The notes under the pieces: model-generated
Database searches by the model: none
What the model was told of the DNA's origin: nothing
Seen by the model: the letters and a program-made list of their open reading frames with translations, nothing else
Position numbers and translations under genes: made by a program
Origin: Camelus dromedarius
Taxonomy: Eukaryota
Length of the DNA stretch: 64,000 nt
Assembly: GCF_036321535.1 (NCBI RefSeq)
Contig: NC_087437.1
Span: 107,200,001-107,264,000, forward strand
Direction of reading: 5' to 3'
Shown: positions 27,740 to 38,572 of the stretch, in pieces
Position numbering within the stretch: position 1 is the stretch's first letter
Layout: the number at the start of each line of letters is the position of its first letter

Positions 27740-27925
27740 AGAATTTACTTACAACACTATGTTAGGTTCACACAGGTATACAACATAATGATTCAATGTA
27801 TGTATATATGAAATCAGCAAATCAATTGCCACGGCAAGTCTATTTAACATCCATCACCACACATAGTTATTATTTTTTTCTCTTGTGATGCAAACTTTTA
27901 CGACCTACTCTCAGTAATTTTCAAT
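27740..27925 (-). mobile_element. Older L1 (L1MA-like) 3' end fragment
   Basis: 'tacaacataatgattcaatgtatgtatatat...ttaacatccatcaccacacatagtta...tgtgatgcaaacttttacgacctactctc'. Confidence 0.7.
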
Positions 27926-27937
27926 CACAATTTATTT

Positions 27938-28014
27938 ATTTACTTATTTTTAATGTACATATATTTTTATTGAAGTATAATCAGTTTACAATGTTGTGTC
28001 AGTTTCTGGTGTGT
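27938..28014 (-). mobile_element. Very short L1 3' tail insertion
   Basis: 'ttattgaagtataatcagtttacaatgttgtgtcagtttctggtgt' flanked by TSD acaatttattt at 27927-27937 and 28015-28025. Confidence 0.75.
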
Positions 28015-30023
28015 ACAATTTATTTTTAAAATGTCAACTTGAGCTGATGAATCTGCTCCCTGTCTTCCTATTTCTAACTTATTTATTGATTAGAATTGAC
28101 CTATCAGCTAGGATTCCTTGATAAGGGTTCGCTTTTGAATTTAAATGGGATTTGAACTCAAACAGGTGATTGAATTAGTCAATCCAGCCTACAAGCAAAT
28201 AAGAAAAAGCACTTCCTTGTCCCTTTTCCAAGCTTCCAGTCTTCCTCTAGGGCCCCCACTGTCAGAATCCTACAGGGAAACAGCTGGTGGTGCTGGGTGG
28301 AGTCCCAACCACAGCTTTAGAAGGCAGAATGTAGAACAGAGTTGTTAGCTGAGACAGGATTGCCTGTTAACTGGCACATGGATGGTTAATGAAAGTGAAT
28401 GAACCTTTTATATTATATAGCTCTTAAACTGGTTCAGTTTCAAGCCAATGCTTCCATCCATGAAAAAGTAAAGCTTTCCTTCACGGTGTGCAGGGGTGAG
28501 GGAATATACAACAATTTTCATGTTTTGTCCTCAAGCAGGTAAGTGCTTTGTTTTTAAAGAATAGTGCATCATCTCCAAAATGGGACTGAGAGTTTGCCTT
28601 TAAAGAAACTATTTTAAAATAAAAGAGGAAGCCAGGAACCAGAAAAGGATCCTGGACAGCAAACATAAATGCTGGGGAGATCGGATTTCTACTGTTTGAT
28701 GGCAGAAGTGGTGTGAATTCCAGCATAAGTGCCACTGCAGAAGGAAAAGGGCTCGGATTGCAGAAAAGTGACTGGTGCTAAGTTTCGTTAATTAGAACAG
28801 CACGGAGCACTGGGGCACAGTCCTGACAGTGAAGCCTGTTAGTTTGATAAATGAATTACTAGAGCTATTCTGCTGACTCCCAGACACAACGTTCAAGGTG
28901 GCCGCGGCTGGTAAACAGGGGTGGAAAACATATCCTCACACATTTGCTTCATGCCTGAAAAACAAGTAGTTTAGGAGAAGACATCTGGACATAGAATTTG
29001 AACAGTGCTAGGAGCCCATCAAAACATGGATTTGATGGCTTGGCGTCTGGCTGCTAGGCAACGTACCTCTTACATTCAAAACAGAGTTGTAAAAGTAGCA
29101 TCCTGGTGCCAACTCTGGGTATTTCTCACTGAAAAAAAATATAGCCATGAAAGTTTCTTTTCAGGGCTTAGCTATCTGACTTCCATGAGACTGAAGCCCC
29201 CAGATCATTCCTCCTCTAGTCCTTTTGGTTTCCACATTCTAAAGTATTAGGTGGAGTTTAATATTGCATTTTAAAGTACTCCTGAATATTGCATGAGAGT
29301 CTCGTAGTGTTTTTCTCAGCCCCCTAATTAATTGCACTCCTTTAAATTAGGTGCATATATTCATAATAATGTGCTTTTCAGATACTTGGTTCTCATCAAG
29401 TTAGATGTAGATAACAAAGGGTCAACGACAAACTGAGATTTACTTTACTGAAAGTATGCTTCTGCTTGGCAAGAAGGCCAGGGAGGGCCCAGATCAAATA
29501 TTTTCCATGGGTGGACTAGTTTGAAAAATGAATGTTCTTATAATACTTATTAAAATTAAGACAGCTGGTAATTTATTTCCTCCTTGCTTTATCTGTTTAA
29601 AAGTTACTGATATATCTCAGAGCTTGGAAAACAGGAATTGTTAACTATCTAAACAAACAAACAAACAAACAAAAAACAAAACCAGAAAAAGCAACAGACA
29701 AATCATTTAGAATCAATGACTAGTTTTCCTTTTTTCTAAGGAGCAGTTGGGAAAATTATGGGGCAGGAAGTAGGGAGTAATTGGATCTCCTATTAATGTT
29801 TATTTATTTAAAAATTATGGAATGTGCATTTGTATTAAAAAATGAAAGTGAACCATTAAAATGTTCAAAGTGTTCTAGTGAACACTTTGAGTAGTATGCC
29901 TACAAAAGTATTTTTTCCTCTGTCTTTAGAGAACTTCCTTCCATAAACTCTCTGAAGCCTCCTTCTTGGCAGCCTCTTGTGATGTAGCAAAGCAAAAAAT
30001 CCAGACATGGAAAGTTGCTTACC

Positions 30024-30073
<50 letters not shown>
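30024..30073. repeat. poly(A) followed by (GAA)n
   Basis: About 29 A followed by about 7 GAA units. Confidence 0.95.
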
Positions 30074-30075
<2 letters not shown>

Positions 30076-31655
30076 TCACCCTCCCCTCCAGAAAAAAACC
30101 ACTTGGAAACCAAATAAGAAAGGGATAGTTTTACAGGAGAACTTCACTTCATATGAAAGGCTACAAAAATGGATGTCCTTTCGTTTTAAAGATTAATGCT
30201 GTGCAGAAAAATTAAAGGATGGTTTCCAGGAGATCACTTAATGAGGAGAAAGATTTTCCATCTTGCAAAGTGTGCTGCCCAGTTCTCCCTAAACTACTGC
30301 CCTCCAGCGTCTTTATTTACATGTGGTTTACATTTATGTCCACCCCATGAACCACAAGTGTTGCTCCACTCCAAATTTATCAACACTTTTCCTTCATACC
30401 AGGGGTGCCTTAGTAAAAACAGGAGAATTAGGTGGTGAAGCTGTGTGATTCTGAAACCTCCTGTAAGCTGTCACTGAATTTCCCGTCCTGGTTCTGGTTA
30501 TTCTCTTTTGTACCATGATTTTGCATAATATTTCAAAGTTTCTGATCCTTCATCTATCCTGGGTGGATCTCAAACACTTAAAGAATGAGCTTTAAAAGTC
30601 CATTTTTACCAGGCATCTGAGAGCATGACTTAAGACTGCCAATCAGAAGTAGAGCTGTGAAAAGTGAGGCTCAGAGCTCTGAGCAAGATGAGCTCACAAC
30701 CAACCCAGACTTTGTGTTTGGATGTCACACTTCTGTGGTGGTCTTGATGGATATTGTGTTCCTCCCAGAGCCTCTGGGCCTATAAATATCAGTTTCTTTC
30801 CCTTCCTGTAACCCTCTTTCTTAAAAGAGGGAAACCCTGGGAAAACATTCCTTCATGTCTTGACTCTTTGCCCAGATCTTTCCACACTGGGGCTTCAGAA
30901 ACATATTTGTCCAAAACCCAAACGTGCAAGCTGGATGTGACCCTTCACCAGCAGCTGTGGAGGGCGGAGCAGTGCTTACTGTGCACTGGAGGACCAGGCA
31001 AAGCAGTTGCTAAGGAACTTCACAAGATTGGGTTTCTCTGTCCTCCTGGCCCTCCCCAAACCCTTCCATCCAAAGAACCCAGATTCCACCCACTTGGACA
31101 TGTAAGAGGTCCATTAGGAAGTCAGACTGAAAAAAAAGAGTCCTTCCTTTATAATTTCTTCCTTTGGCTTAAGTCACAGAAGGGGATTTAAGTAAGAAGG
31201 TATGGACATTTACCAAGGAAGGTCGTGGATAAAAGTGACCATTAGGTTGGACAAAGTTCTATCTTTATGTTCAATGGCAAGTAGAAAATCTCTGATTCCA
31301 AAGACAAACTGGCTTTCCCCCTTTTCCCATTTAACGATGCATATTTTCGCAAGCATTCTAGCCACATTTTATCATATTCATGCATCTATGACACCATATC
31401 TCAGACTGGAGGTGTCCGCCCTGATTGATGGATTGATCGTCTAAGCAGGTGCTTGGTCATTCAGGGCATTGCTGCTGGCTCTACTCCAAATACAGGAGCA
31501 AAGTTGGAGGCTGGCTGGGTTTCCTGCAAGAGGCAGGTAAGCAGATCCGTGGCAGCAGGCGGTTCGTGGGAGAAACCAGACTGTCAACAAGACTGCCCCT
31601 TTGACCTACACCTCCTTACACCAGTGCCCCATCGACCCACCCAGGCCGGACCTAC

Positions 31656-32759
31656 CTCTCGAGTAAAGAGGATGGCTGCGTCGTAGTGCTCCTCATGGTC
31701 ATCCCCCAGCTGGTTGTGCTGGTGCTGCCACTTACAAAAGTTCTTAAGCGTGGTGGCCGCGTTCTTGCTCACCTCCAGGCTCTTGTCCTTGTCGCCCAGC
31801 ACCACCACCTTCACTACGGCCAGTCGGATGTGGTTCTCGATGCTGGCGTGGCTGTACAGCCGGTTGGCGATGGAGGCCAGGGTCAGCAGGTAATGCTGCA
31901 GGCCCCGGCCATACAACCGCGCCATGGACGCGTCAGCCACCAGGAGCAGCTCCACCTGGCGGGCCCGGGAGATGGAGCGCCGCCGCCGCCGCCACCACGT
32001 CTGTGGTCCCGGACTCCCATCTGACGAGGGAGCTGACTGGTCCGGGAGCTGCGGGGCCAGCGCCCTGCCTCGATCGGGGCTGCTGTGCGCTGAGGGGCGC
32101 TCCCGCGGCCCTGGAGGGGACGCAGGGGTCTCGCAGCTGGTGCGCGACGGCAGGGCCTCAAAGCTGAAGCCCTCGCGGGTGTAGACGTGCAGTATCCGCG
32201 CGGACCCATCCCCGTACACGCGCCGGTCCTCGGCCTCCGCCCAGGACCCACGCAGCAGCGGCTTCAGAGTGTAGCGCGCGTGCTTGACCGCGAAGAAGCC
32301 TTCGAGACCACCGCAGAGGTCAAAGACAGCCAGGGAGCGGGGGCTGCCGTCCACGGTGCCCCGGTAGAAGCAGTGGCCCGGGTGGCGCCGGGTGGCGCTC
32401 GGCCCGCCTCCTGCGGGCATAAAGCCAGCGGCGCCCACCGAACCATCCCGCTCCAGGTCCAGGAGGAACCTCCGGCCGCCCGCGTAGACGAGGTAGCCCA
32501 CCTTGCCGCCTCCCGAGTAGAGCTGGTCGATGTTCTGCACAAGCCCGCTGCTCCTGCGCTGCGGCGCCAGGGGGTGCGGATGGCCCGGAGGCTCGGTCCG
32601 CTCCTGCGCCTCCTCCCCCTGCTGCCGGCGGGGCTGGGCGGCCGCTGCTGCAGCCCGAGGCTGCCCGGCTTTATCCTGGGCAGGTGCCGCGGCGGGGCCG
32701 GCCGCGACCAGGGGCAGGCGGAGCGCGCACAGCAGCAGGGACGCCCACCCGAGCAGCAT
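31656..32759 (-). CDS. ADAMTS5: ADAMTS5 coding exon 1 (signal peptide, prodomain, furin site, start of metalloprotease domain)
   Basis: MLLGWASLLLCALRLPLVAAGPAAAPAQDKAGQP...HCFYRGTVDGSPRSLAVFDLCGGL...WWRRRRR/SISRARQVELLLVAD...YDAAILFTRE. ATG at 32759, donor GAG|gtaggt. 1104 nt (368 codons). Furin motif RRRRR at 31977-31991. Confidence 0.98.
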
Positions 32760-33460
32760 AGTGCGCTGCCCGCGGGGAGGGGCTGCGCGACGGGGACTTT
32801 ATGGGAATTTGTTATTCGCTCTGGAAGTTACCGGGGCGGGAGGTGGGAACACACATACACTTGCTTGCTTGCAAGGTTGAGTCAAGTGTCGGAGGGAGGG
32901 GGACCCGGCAGCAGCGCCAGCCTGTCCCGGCCGCGGTGCCAACGTGCGAACTTTTCTTTGTTGGTTTGGAAAATGTTTGGATTCGTGCTCCGGAAAGAGG
33001 GGGAAAAAAGAAAAAGAAAAAAGCCGGGTTTTGGAGATTCAGCAAGTACGAGAAAAGGGGAAAACCCCAAATCAACCCCAAATGCGGCCAAGATCGGTGC
33101 ACCAAGAAAAGTAAGAAGGTGCCGCGCACCAGGCGGGCAACGGGTGCGAGCTGCCTCCAGTCCCCTTGCTGCTCGGGACCCGCCGGGGTTCCAAGCTCCG
33201 AAGCCCGCTTCCTCTCTTATTTTGTGGGTTTCCTTGACCCTAGTGGAACCAGGAGGAAGGAAAGAAAGAGAGGGAAAAAAGCCATAAAAAATAAAACAAA
33301 GATGCAAGGGGCGGCCTTCGGCGAGCCGGTGAAGCGGCGCGTCCGTGTCCCTTTGGATGCAGTGTCTTCCTGCCAGCCGTCATCCCCAGTCGGCCGCTGC
33401 GAGCGCGGAGAGCAGCGCGAGCGCTGTGAAGATGCGAGGAGGTGGAACAATGAATTTATA
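32760..33460 (-). other. ADAMTS5: ADAMTS5 5'UTR (about 700 nt), TSS near 33430-33460
   Basis: Contiguous with the ATG. Sequence beginning 'ataaattcattgttccacctcctcgcatcttcacagcgctcgcg' resembles my recollection of the human mRNA 5' end. TATAAAT on the minus strand at 33454-33460. Exact TSS cannot be determined from sequence. Confidence 0.65.
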
Positions 33461-33780
33461 GCGGCATGCCATCCTGCAATGGCAATTTCAACAATTCGTC
33501 ACTGCAAGCTGCCTCTTAAAGGGAGAGCTTCCCCCACCACTCCCACCCTTCCCGGTCCGCGCCTAATCAGAAGGGGGAGGGCGGGCCAGGGGGGTGATCG
33601 AGGAAAGGGAGACCGCGAAGGAGGAAGGGACACGGCGAGGTGGAAGGAGGGACGAAGGAGGGAGCAAGGGCGAGGTAGGGGGAAAGTGTTTGAGTAAGAA
33701 AAACATAAGATTTCCTTGGCCTCATTTAAAGCCACAGCGGCTCGGGGTTTGTCTGATATTTCACAACCAATCGGGGTTGG
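33454..33780 (-). promoter_or_regulatory. ADAMTS5: ADAMTS5 core/proximal promoter
   Basis: TATAAAT (33454-33460, minus strand), GC box GGGCGG (33579-33584), CCAAT (33767-33771), purine-rich tract about 33600-33685. Confidence 0.6.
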
Positions 33781-35439
33781 TTAACCTCGGCTTACCTCAT
33801 CTCCTGAAAGGGTGTTTTGGCGTGTTTTTTTAAGTTACTGAGACGCTTCAAGTCTCTCCCTGCCTCCTTCACTCCGGCTTTTCTTTGCCTCTGTAGGAAG
33901 TTCCTGCCGCAAGTTTTGCCCCTTTGCACGCCGGTGCGCTCCGGCCCGGCCGACCTTGCAACTGCATCCACCAGCCAAGGGCTTTCGGCTTCCCGTGCTC
34001 CCCCTCGCCCCGCGCTCCTCTCGCCCCCCGTCGGCCGTCCCGGTACCCGGTTTCCTCCCGTCCCATTCCCCGGCCTCTTCGCGCTCCGACGCACGCGAGG
34101 TTCGGGCTCCGGGTGACTAACTTCTCCCATCCACCAGCGGAGGGGCCGAGCAGACGGAGAGCCGCGGGCGCTTCCTGGCGCGTCGCTGCGCCCTGAGGGC
34201 TGCGGTGTCCCCGGGCAGGGGCGCCGGAGGCCTGGGAACTCCCGCCTTTGTGTGCGAGCCGCGGGCTCCCCCCTTTCTCAAGCGCGCCTTTCACCGGCGC
34301 CCACAATCTGTCACTTAATCCCGGATGACTGGAACTTCCTTTGCTTGGCTTTAAGAAGGCAGGGCGGGAAAGAGTTAACTCTTGAAGGGAATTGCGCTCA
34401 TCCCCCTCACCCCCCCAGATTAAAAAAATGTGCCCACACTTTTCTTACTTCGGCTTAAATGATACCTAAATGATAAATACGTATCCTTTGTATTTATATC
34501 TCCTAAAACAACCACTCATCACCTTTGGCCCTGACCAATTCCTAGAAATTTCTTTTAGGAGAAAAAGAAGACATTTGAGGAGAGGGGACGCAGGTTGGTG
34601 CTTTTTAGGACGTGAGTGGTATTGTTACTCCTCCTTGGTTTCTCTCTCCTCTATCTTTCCTCAGACTATCAAATCTAAAAGAAAAAAAAAAAGGAAAATC
34701 CAAGGCCTTTCTAGCCACTGCTGGTAATGGTCAGGTTTAGTATAGGGTCTAGAGCATCTTCCTGCCCCATTATTCTTTAGGCAAATTAATGAATATATTA
34801 GGGAAAAACGAATCCACCATACTTAGCACATTTATGTCTTTCTACCTTTGTTTAGTTCACAGGGATGCATACCAAGGATAACAGGGCCACCTCTGTGCAC
34901 CCCAAGATGCTGGTGGGTTTTTTTATCCTTGCTGGGGGATCTGATCACTTTTCAGGGAATCAGGAGAGTCCCGAACTGGCTTGAGGTCCCTGAAGTAGAG
35001 ATGAACCTGGGAGGGAATCCCAGAATTGCTCAGCAATGATGCCTGTTGCCCTGCGCCTGGAGAACCCTCGGGAGTCATCTGGGACGAGGACTGATGTGTG
35101 TCCTGGGAGTTAGTTCTCGTTTATAAATGAACCGATCATTGGGGTCCCCAGACCACCCAGCAACCTCTGGTGGATTCTGAAATACCTCAAGATTTGGGAG
35201 GAAGTCACTACTGCTGAAGGCCATTGCTTTTTAATTCCATAACCCTCAGTCTCTCAGTGGTCAGTTGTCCAAGGGCAACACTACCAGTTGAGTATTTTGA
35301 GGAACTAGAGACATCAGGATCAAGAAATAAAGGAGGAGAACCTAGAGTCCTGTACTCTTCTTTGTCCCCTCAAAAGCCTCCATGTCTTGGGCTGGGCATT
35401 CTCTTCAGTGGTCATTGCCTTGTGCCCTTTGGTAGCATT

Positions 35440-35477
35440 TGTTATTGTTGTTGTTGTTGTTATTATTATTATTATTA
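35440..35477. repeat. (TTG)n(TTA)n compound microsatellite
   Basis: Read directly from the sequence. Confidence 0.9.
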
Positions 35478-35977
35478 CCAATTTCAGTAAAAAGTGGCCC
35501 AATATTTATCACTAAATACCATCTCTGAAATAACTTTGATTCAGTAACTTGAACTCTTTTTATTATTGTTAATTTCAAAGGATCATTTTGGTAGACAGGC
35601 ATTTTAGATGACAGTGGTGTAAATTTACGAATTACAATTATTTGGATTCACAGACAGGAGATCTCTTATTTAGCATTTAAAGAAATCCAGCTGAATTTTC
35701 TTCTTAGTGAATGGTTTCTCCTCTCTCAGAAACACTACATGTCTTACATAAATCATGCCTTTAAATTTTAAGCTTTCCATTTTAATTATGTAATGATCTT
35801 TGTACTCAGATAGAATATTCAGATGTTTAGAAATACTTTGAAGGATAGGATAGAAACAGATCAAGCCCCAAAGGTGAATATCAAGTATAACCATATATTC
35901 ACAAGGACAGGAGCTAATACAGCTCATAAATATAATGAGTAAATTCTTACATATTCAGAAAACTTGTACTTGGATAT

Positions 35978-35979
<2 letters not shown>

Positions 35980-36008
<29 letters not shown>
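35980..36008. repeat. poly(T) tract
   Basis: About 29 consecutive T. Confidence 0.95.
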
Positions 36009-36013
<5 letters not shown>

Positions 36014-37176
36014 GAGAATAACTTGGGCACTTTAGGACATTCATTTCATAATACTTTTTAAATATTACCCTTGTAGATTAGGAGGAACTGTTCCAGAAAC
36101 ATTCAAAATTAATGTCTGTCAGTCCAAAGAAATAACTTGCTCTGGATGAAGGTAGCTTGGGTTTTTATTTTCTTTTTTAGAGCAGAAAGATAAACATTTA
36201 GGTGGGTTAATTGCTACTTCATCATTTCATTATTCCAAGTAGCAGTTTTATTATTGCATTTTTAATGAGAACTTTCCATTGCATTTCTAGAGTATATGAT
36301 CACACCTGATACGTAATTTTACATTTCCCCAAAGGGAGAGAGACTTTCCACTCCAGGATATTACAGGTTGGAAATATCTTGGGGATTATCTAAGAACAGA
36401 GCCCAGTGACTTGTCTGTGGTCAAAAGTCCACTGTTGGCCAGCTCTCCTGAAACCTAACCTAAATCTCTTCCCCCTAATGTGATGCTAAATCTGCAACAT
36501 CTTTTAAAGTCCACCCAATGCAACAAATATCTGTCGAGGGCCCACTGTAAAATGTTCTGGAGGTTCTCTGGAGACGTATAAAGATGAATAAGCCATGATT
36601 AATGTTCAGAGAAACTGACAGTTCAGCGATGAAGCCATTTGTACCAAGAGATACTTGGAATGCAAACTGGAAAATACAAATAGGGAAAAAAAGCAAAGGA
36701 ACAACTTCTGCAGGTGCTCTGAGCTGTGTATTTCCAGTACAGCTTCACTCCATAGGATCTGTATATCCTTGTAAGTAGTATTTTCTCAAATTTCCATTTG
36801 CTAAAGTGTCATTTCCTCCCCTTCCCCCATCTATGATTTTAATGCTAAGAGCGAGGAAATAACTGACAATAAAATTTTCTCCTCCAGCCAAACACCTGCT
36901 GCTTACCTCCCAAGTAGAAGAATCACAGTCTCTCAACTCTGCAATAATTTTCCTTTCCCGCATTGAGATCCCTACCCGAGGTCTTGCTGTATTCTGAGGT
37001 CCTTTTGTACCATGTCCCTGAGAGGCAGCATGGTGGATGTTGGGAGCGGGACAGTTTCACTGCTGCTTAAGGCCCTATATGAATGTTTTAAAGATTCTGG
37101 GTCAGCCTTTTCCTTTAGTGCCACTCACCTTTTGTAAATACTAGATCTGAGAAGACTTGCTTCAAAACCCAAGGCT

Positions 37177-37516
37177 ATTTGAGGTATCTCAAATAAGTAC
37201 AATCATGCCGTATTTCTCCTCCTGTGACTGGCGTGATTCACTTCGCATAATGTCCTTCAGCTTCCGTCTTGTTGTCCACGTAAAAGAGCCAGACTCATAA
37301 AAGCAGAGAGTAGAATGATGGTTGCCAGTGTCTGGGGGGAGGGGGAAGTGAGGACTTCCTCTTCAAGTGTATAAAGTTTCAGTTATGAGAGATCAATATT
37401 TTCTGGAAATCTGCTGTAAAACATCGTGCCTATAATTAACAATCTTATATTGTACGTCTAAAAATTTAATCGACGGTAGATTTTTACGTTAAATATTCTT
37501 AACACAAAACAAAACA
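37177..37516 (+). mobile_element. L1MB-like 3' end with 5' inversion
   Basis: 37177-37278 is antisense L1 (ORF2 end/3'UTR start) and 37281-37516 is sense L1 3'UTR with an A-rich tail. Degenerate TSD aaacccaaggct / aaaaccaaagct. Confidence 0.75.
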
Positions 37517-37909
37517 AAAACCAAAGCTTACACTTTGGGGATAGGGAAGGGAGTTTATGTACTACGCTAGCTTTAAAAGGAATCCTAAATTATAGAGGGT
37601 GAAACTATTAACCTGAAAATCCTTCTTCTCTTTTTTCCTAGCCCTTTATTCCCCTCTTACCATAAATTCCACAATGATGTAACGTGCTTCTTGACACGCC
37701 AAAGCACGTGCACGATGGCACACACATTAGACACGCAACACAAATCGGCGCGCATGCGCACACGCGTGCACACAACCCTCAGCCCTAACTCAGTTCCCGT
37801 CTAGGCTGTTCTGATGTGATGAGTGGGCAGAGAATCCTGAGATGATAGGAGAGGAGCTTATGCCAACTCCCCTGTCCCCTTGCAGAGAAAACTTTCTTGA
37901 GATCTGAAT

Positions 37910-37937
37910 ATGTGTGTGTGTGTGTGTGTGTGTGTGT
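37910..37937. repeat. (TG)n microsatellite
   Basis: About 14 units. Confidence 0.95.
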
Positions 37938-38529
37938 TTTTAAAGAAATACTCCTAATATAACTCAAAACCATGTTCTCTGCTCCCTGTCTAGGACATAC
38001 TACAGAACGGTCTATCTGTTGTGATACATAACATATGTTTCAGAATCAGTTTTACTTAATTTTATAAAAAATAAATTTGGGGGAAAACTAGATTTTCATT
38101 TTTCTTATACCCAGAAATTTTATACGGTATAAAAGTCTTCACATGAATAATGTACATGTGTATTATTTAAGACATACAGGTGCTATCTGTAAAGTAAGAC
38201 CGACAAGTCAGTTTTTATGCTGGCCAGCTGTGAAATGTTGTTTTAGCTTTTCTCACACAATTATGTGCATATTACGTGCTTTTATGAGTTACGCGAGTTC
38301 TTTTTTTTTTTTCCTCTTTATTTTCCGGAAATCATCTCAAAATCAAACATTACTGGAAACACATGGAAAATCAGGAATTTCCAGCCCAGAGTAATTCAAA
38401 ACATTTGAGGCTTTTATTTTTTCCTTCATGATGGTAAATTTAAGCTAAGATTTCAAGTTGCTTAATGAGTAGTAGTTGCCACTGTAATTGTAGTAGGTAG
38501 GCTTCGTTGTTTCATAGCCCTAGAACTAG

Positions 38530-38572
38530 TTTGTTTTGTTTTGTTTTGTTTTGTTTTGTTTTGTTTTGTTTT
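38530..38572. repeat. (TTTTG)n microsatellite
   Basis: About 8 units. Confidence 0.95.

Larger units (their letters stand above)
31550..34320. promoter_or_regulatory. ADAMTS5: CpG island covering ADAMTS5 exon 1, 5'UTR and promoter
   Basis: Abrupt rise in GC and CpG density against CpG-depleted flanks; boundaries judged by eye. Confidence 0.9.

Noticed and set aside
31584..31655. ORF-track extensions beyond the true exon boundaries (also 1148-1252, 1537-1690, 20331-20476, 20610-20777)
   Set aside because: Read-through into introns. Canonical GT/AG sites and frame continuity define the exons.
32187..33697. Long plus-strand ORFs (366 aa at 32187-33287; 298 aa at 32801-33697) antisense to exon 1 and the 5'UTR
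   Set aside because: They lie in a stop-poor GC-rich island opposite a real CDS, have low-complexity R/G/A/P/K composition and show no recognisable domain. The 366-aa ORF starts at GTG. Treated as shadow ORFs.
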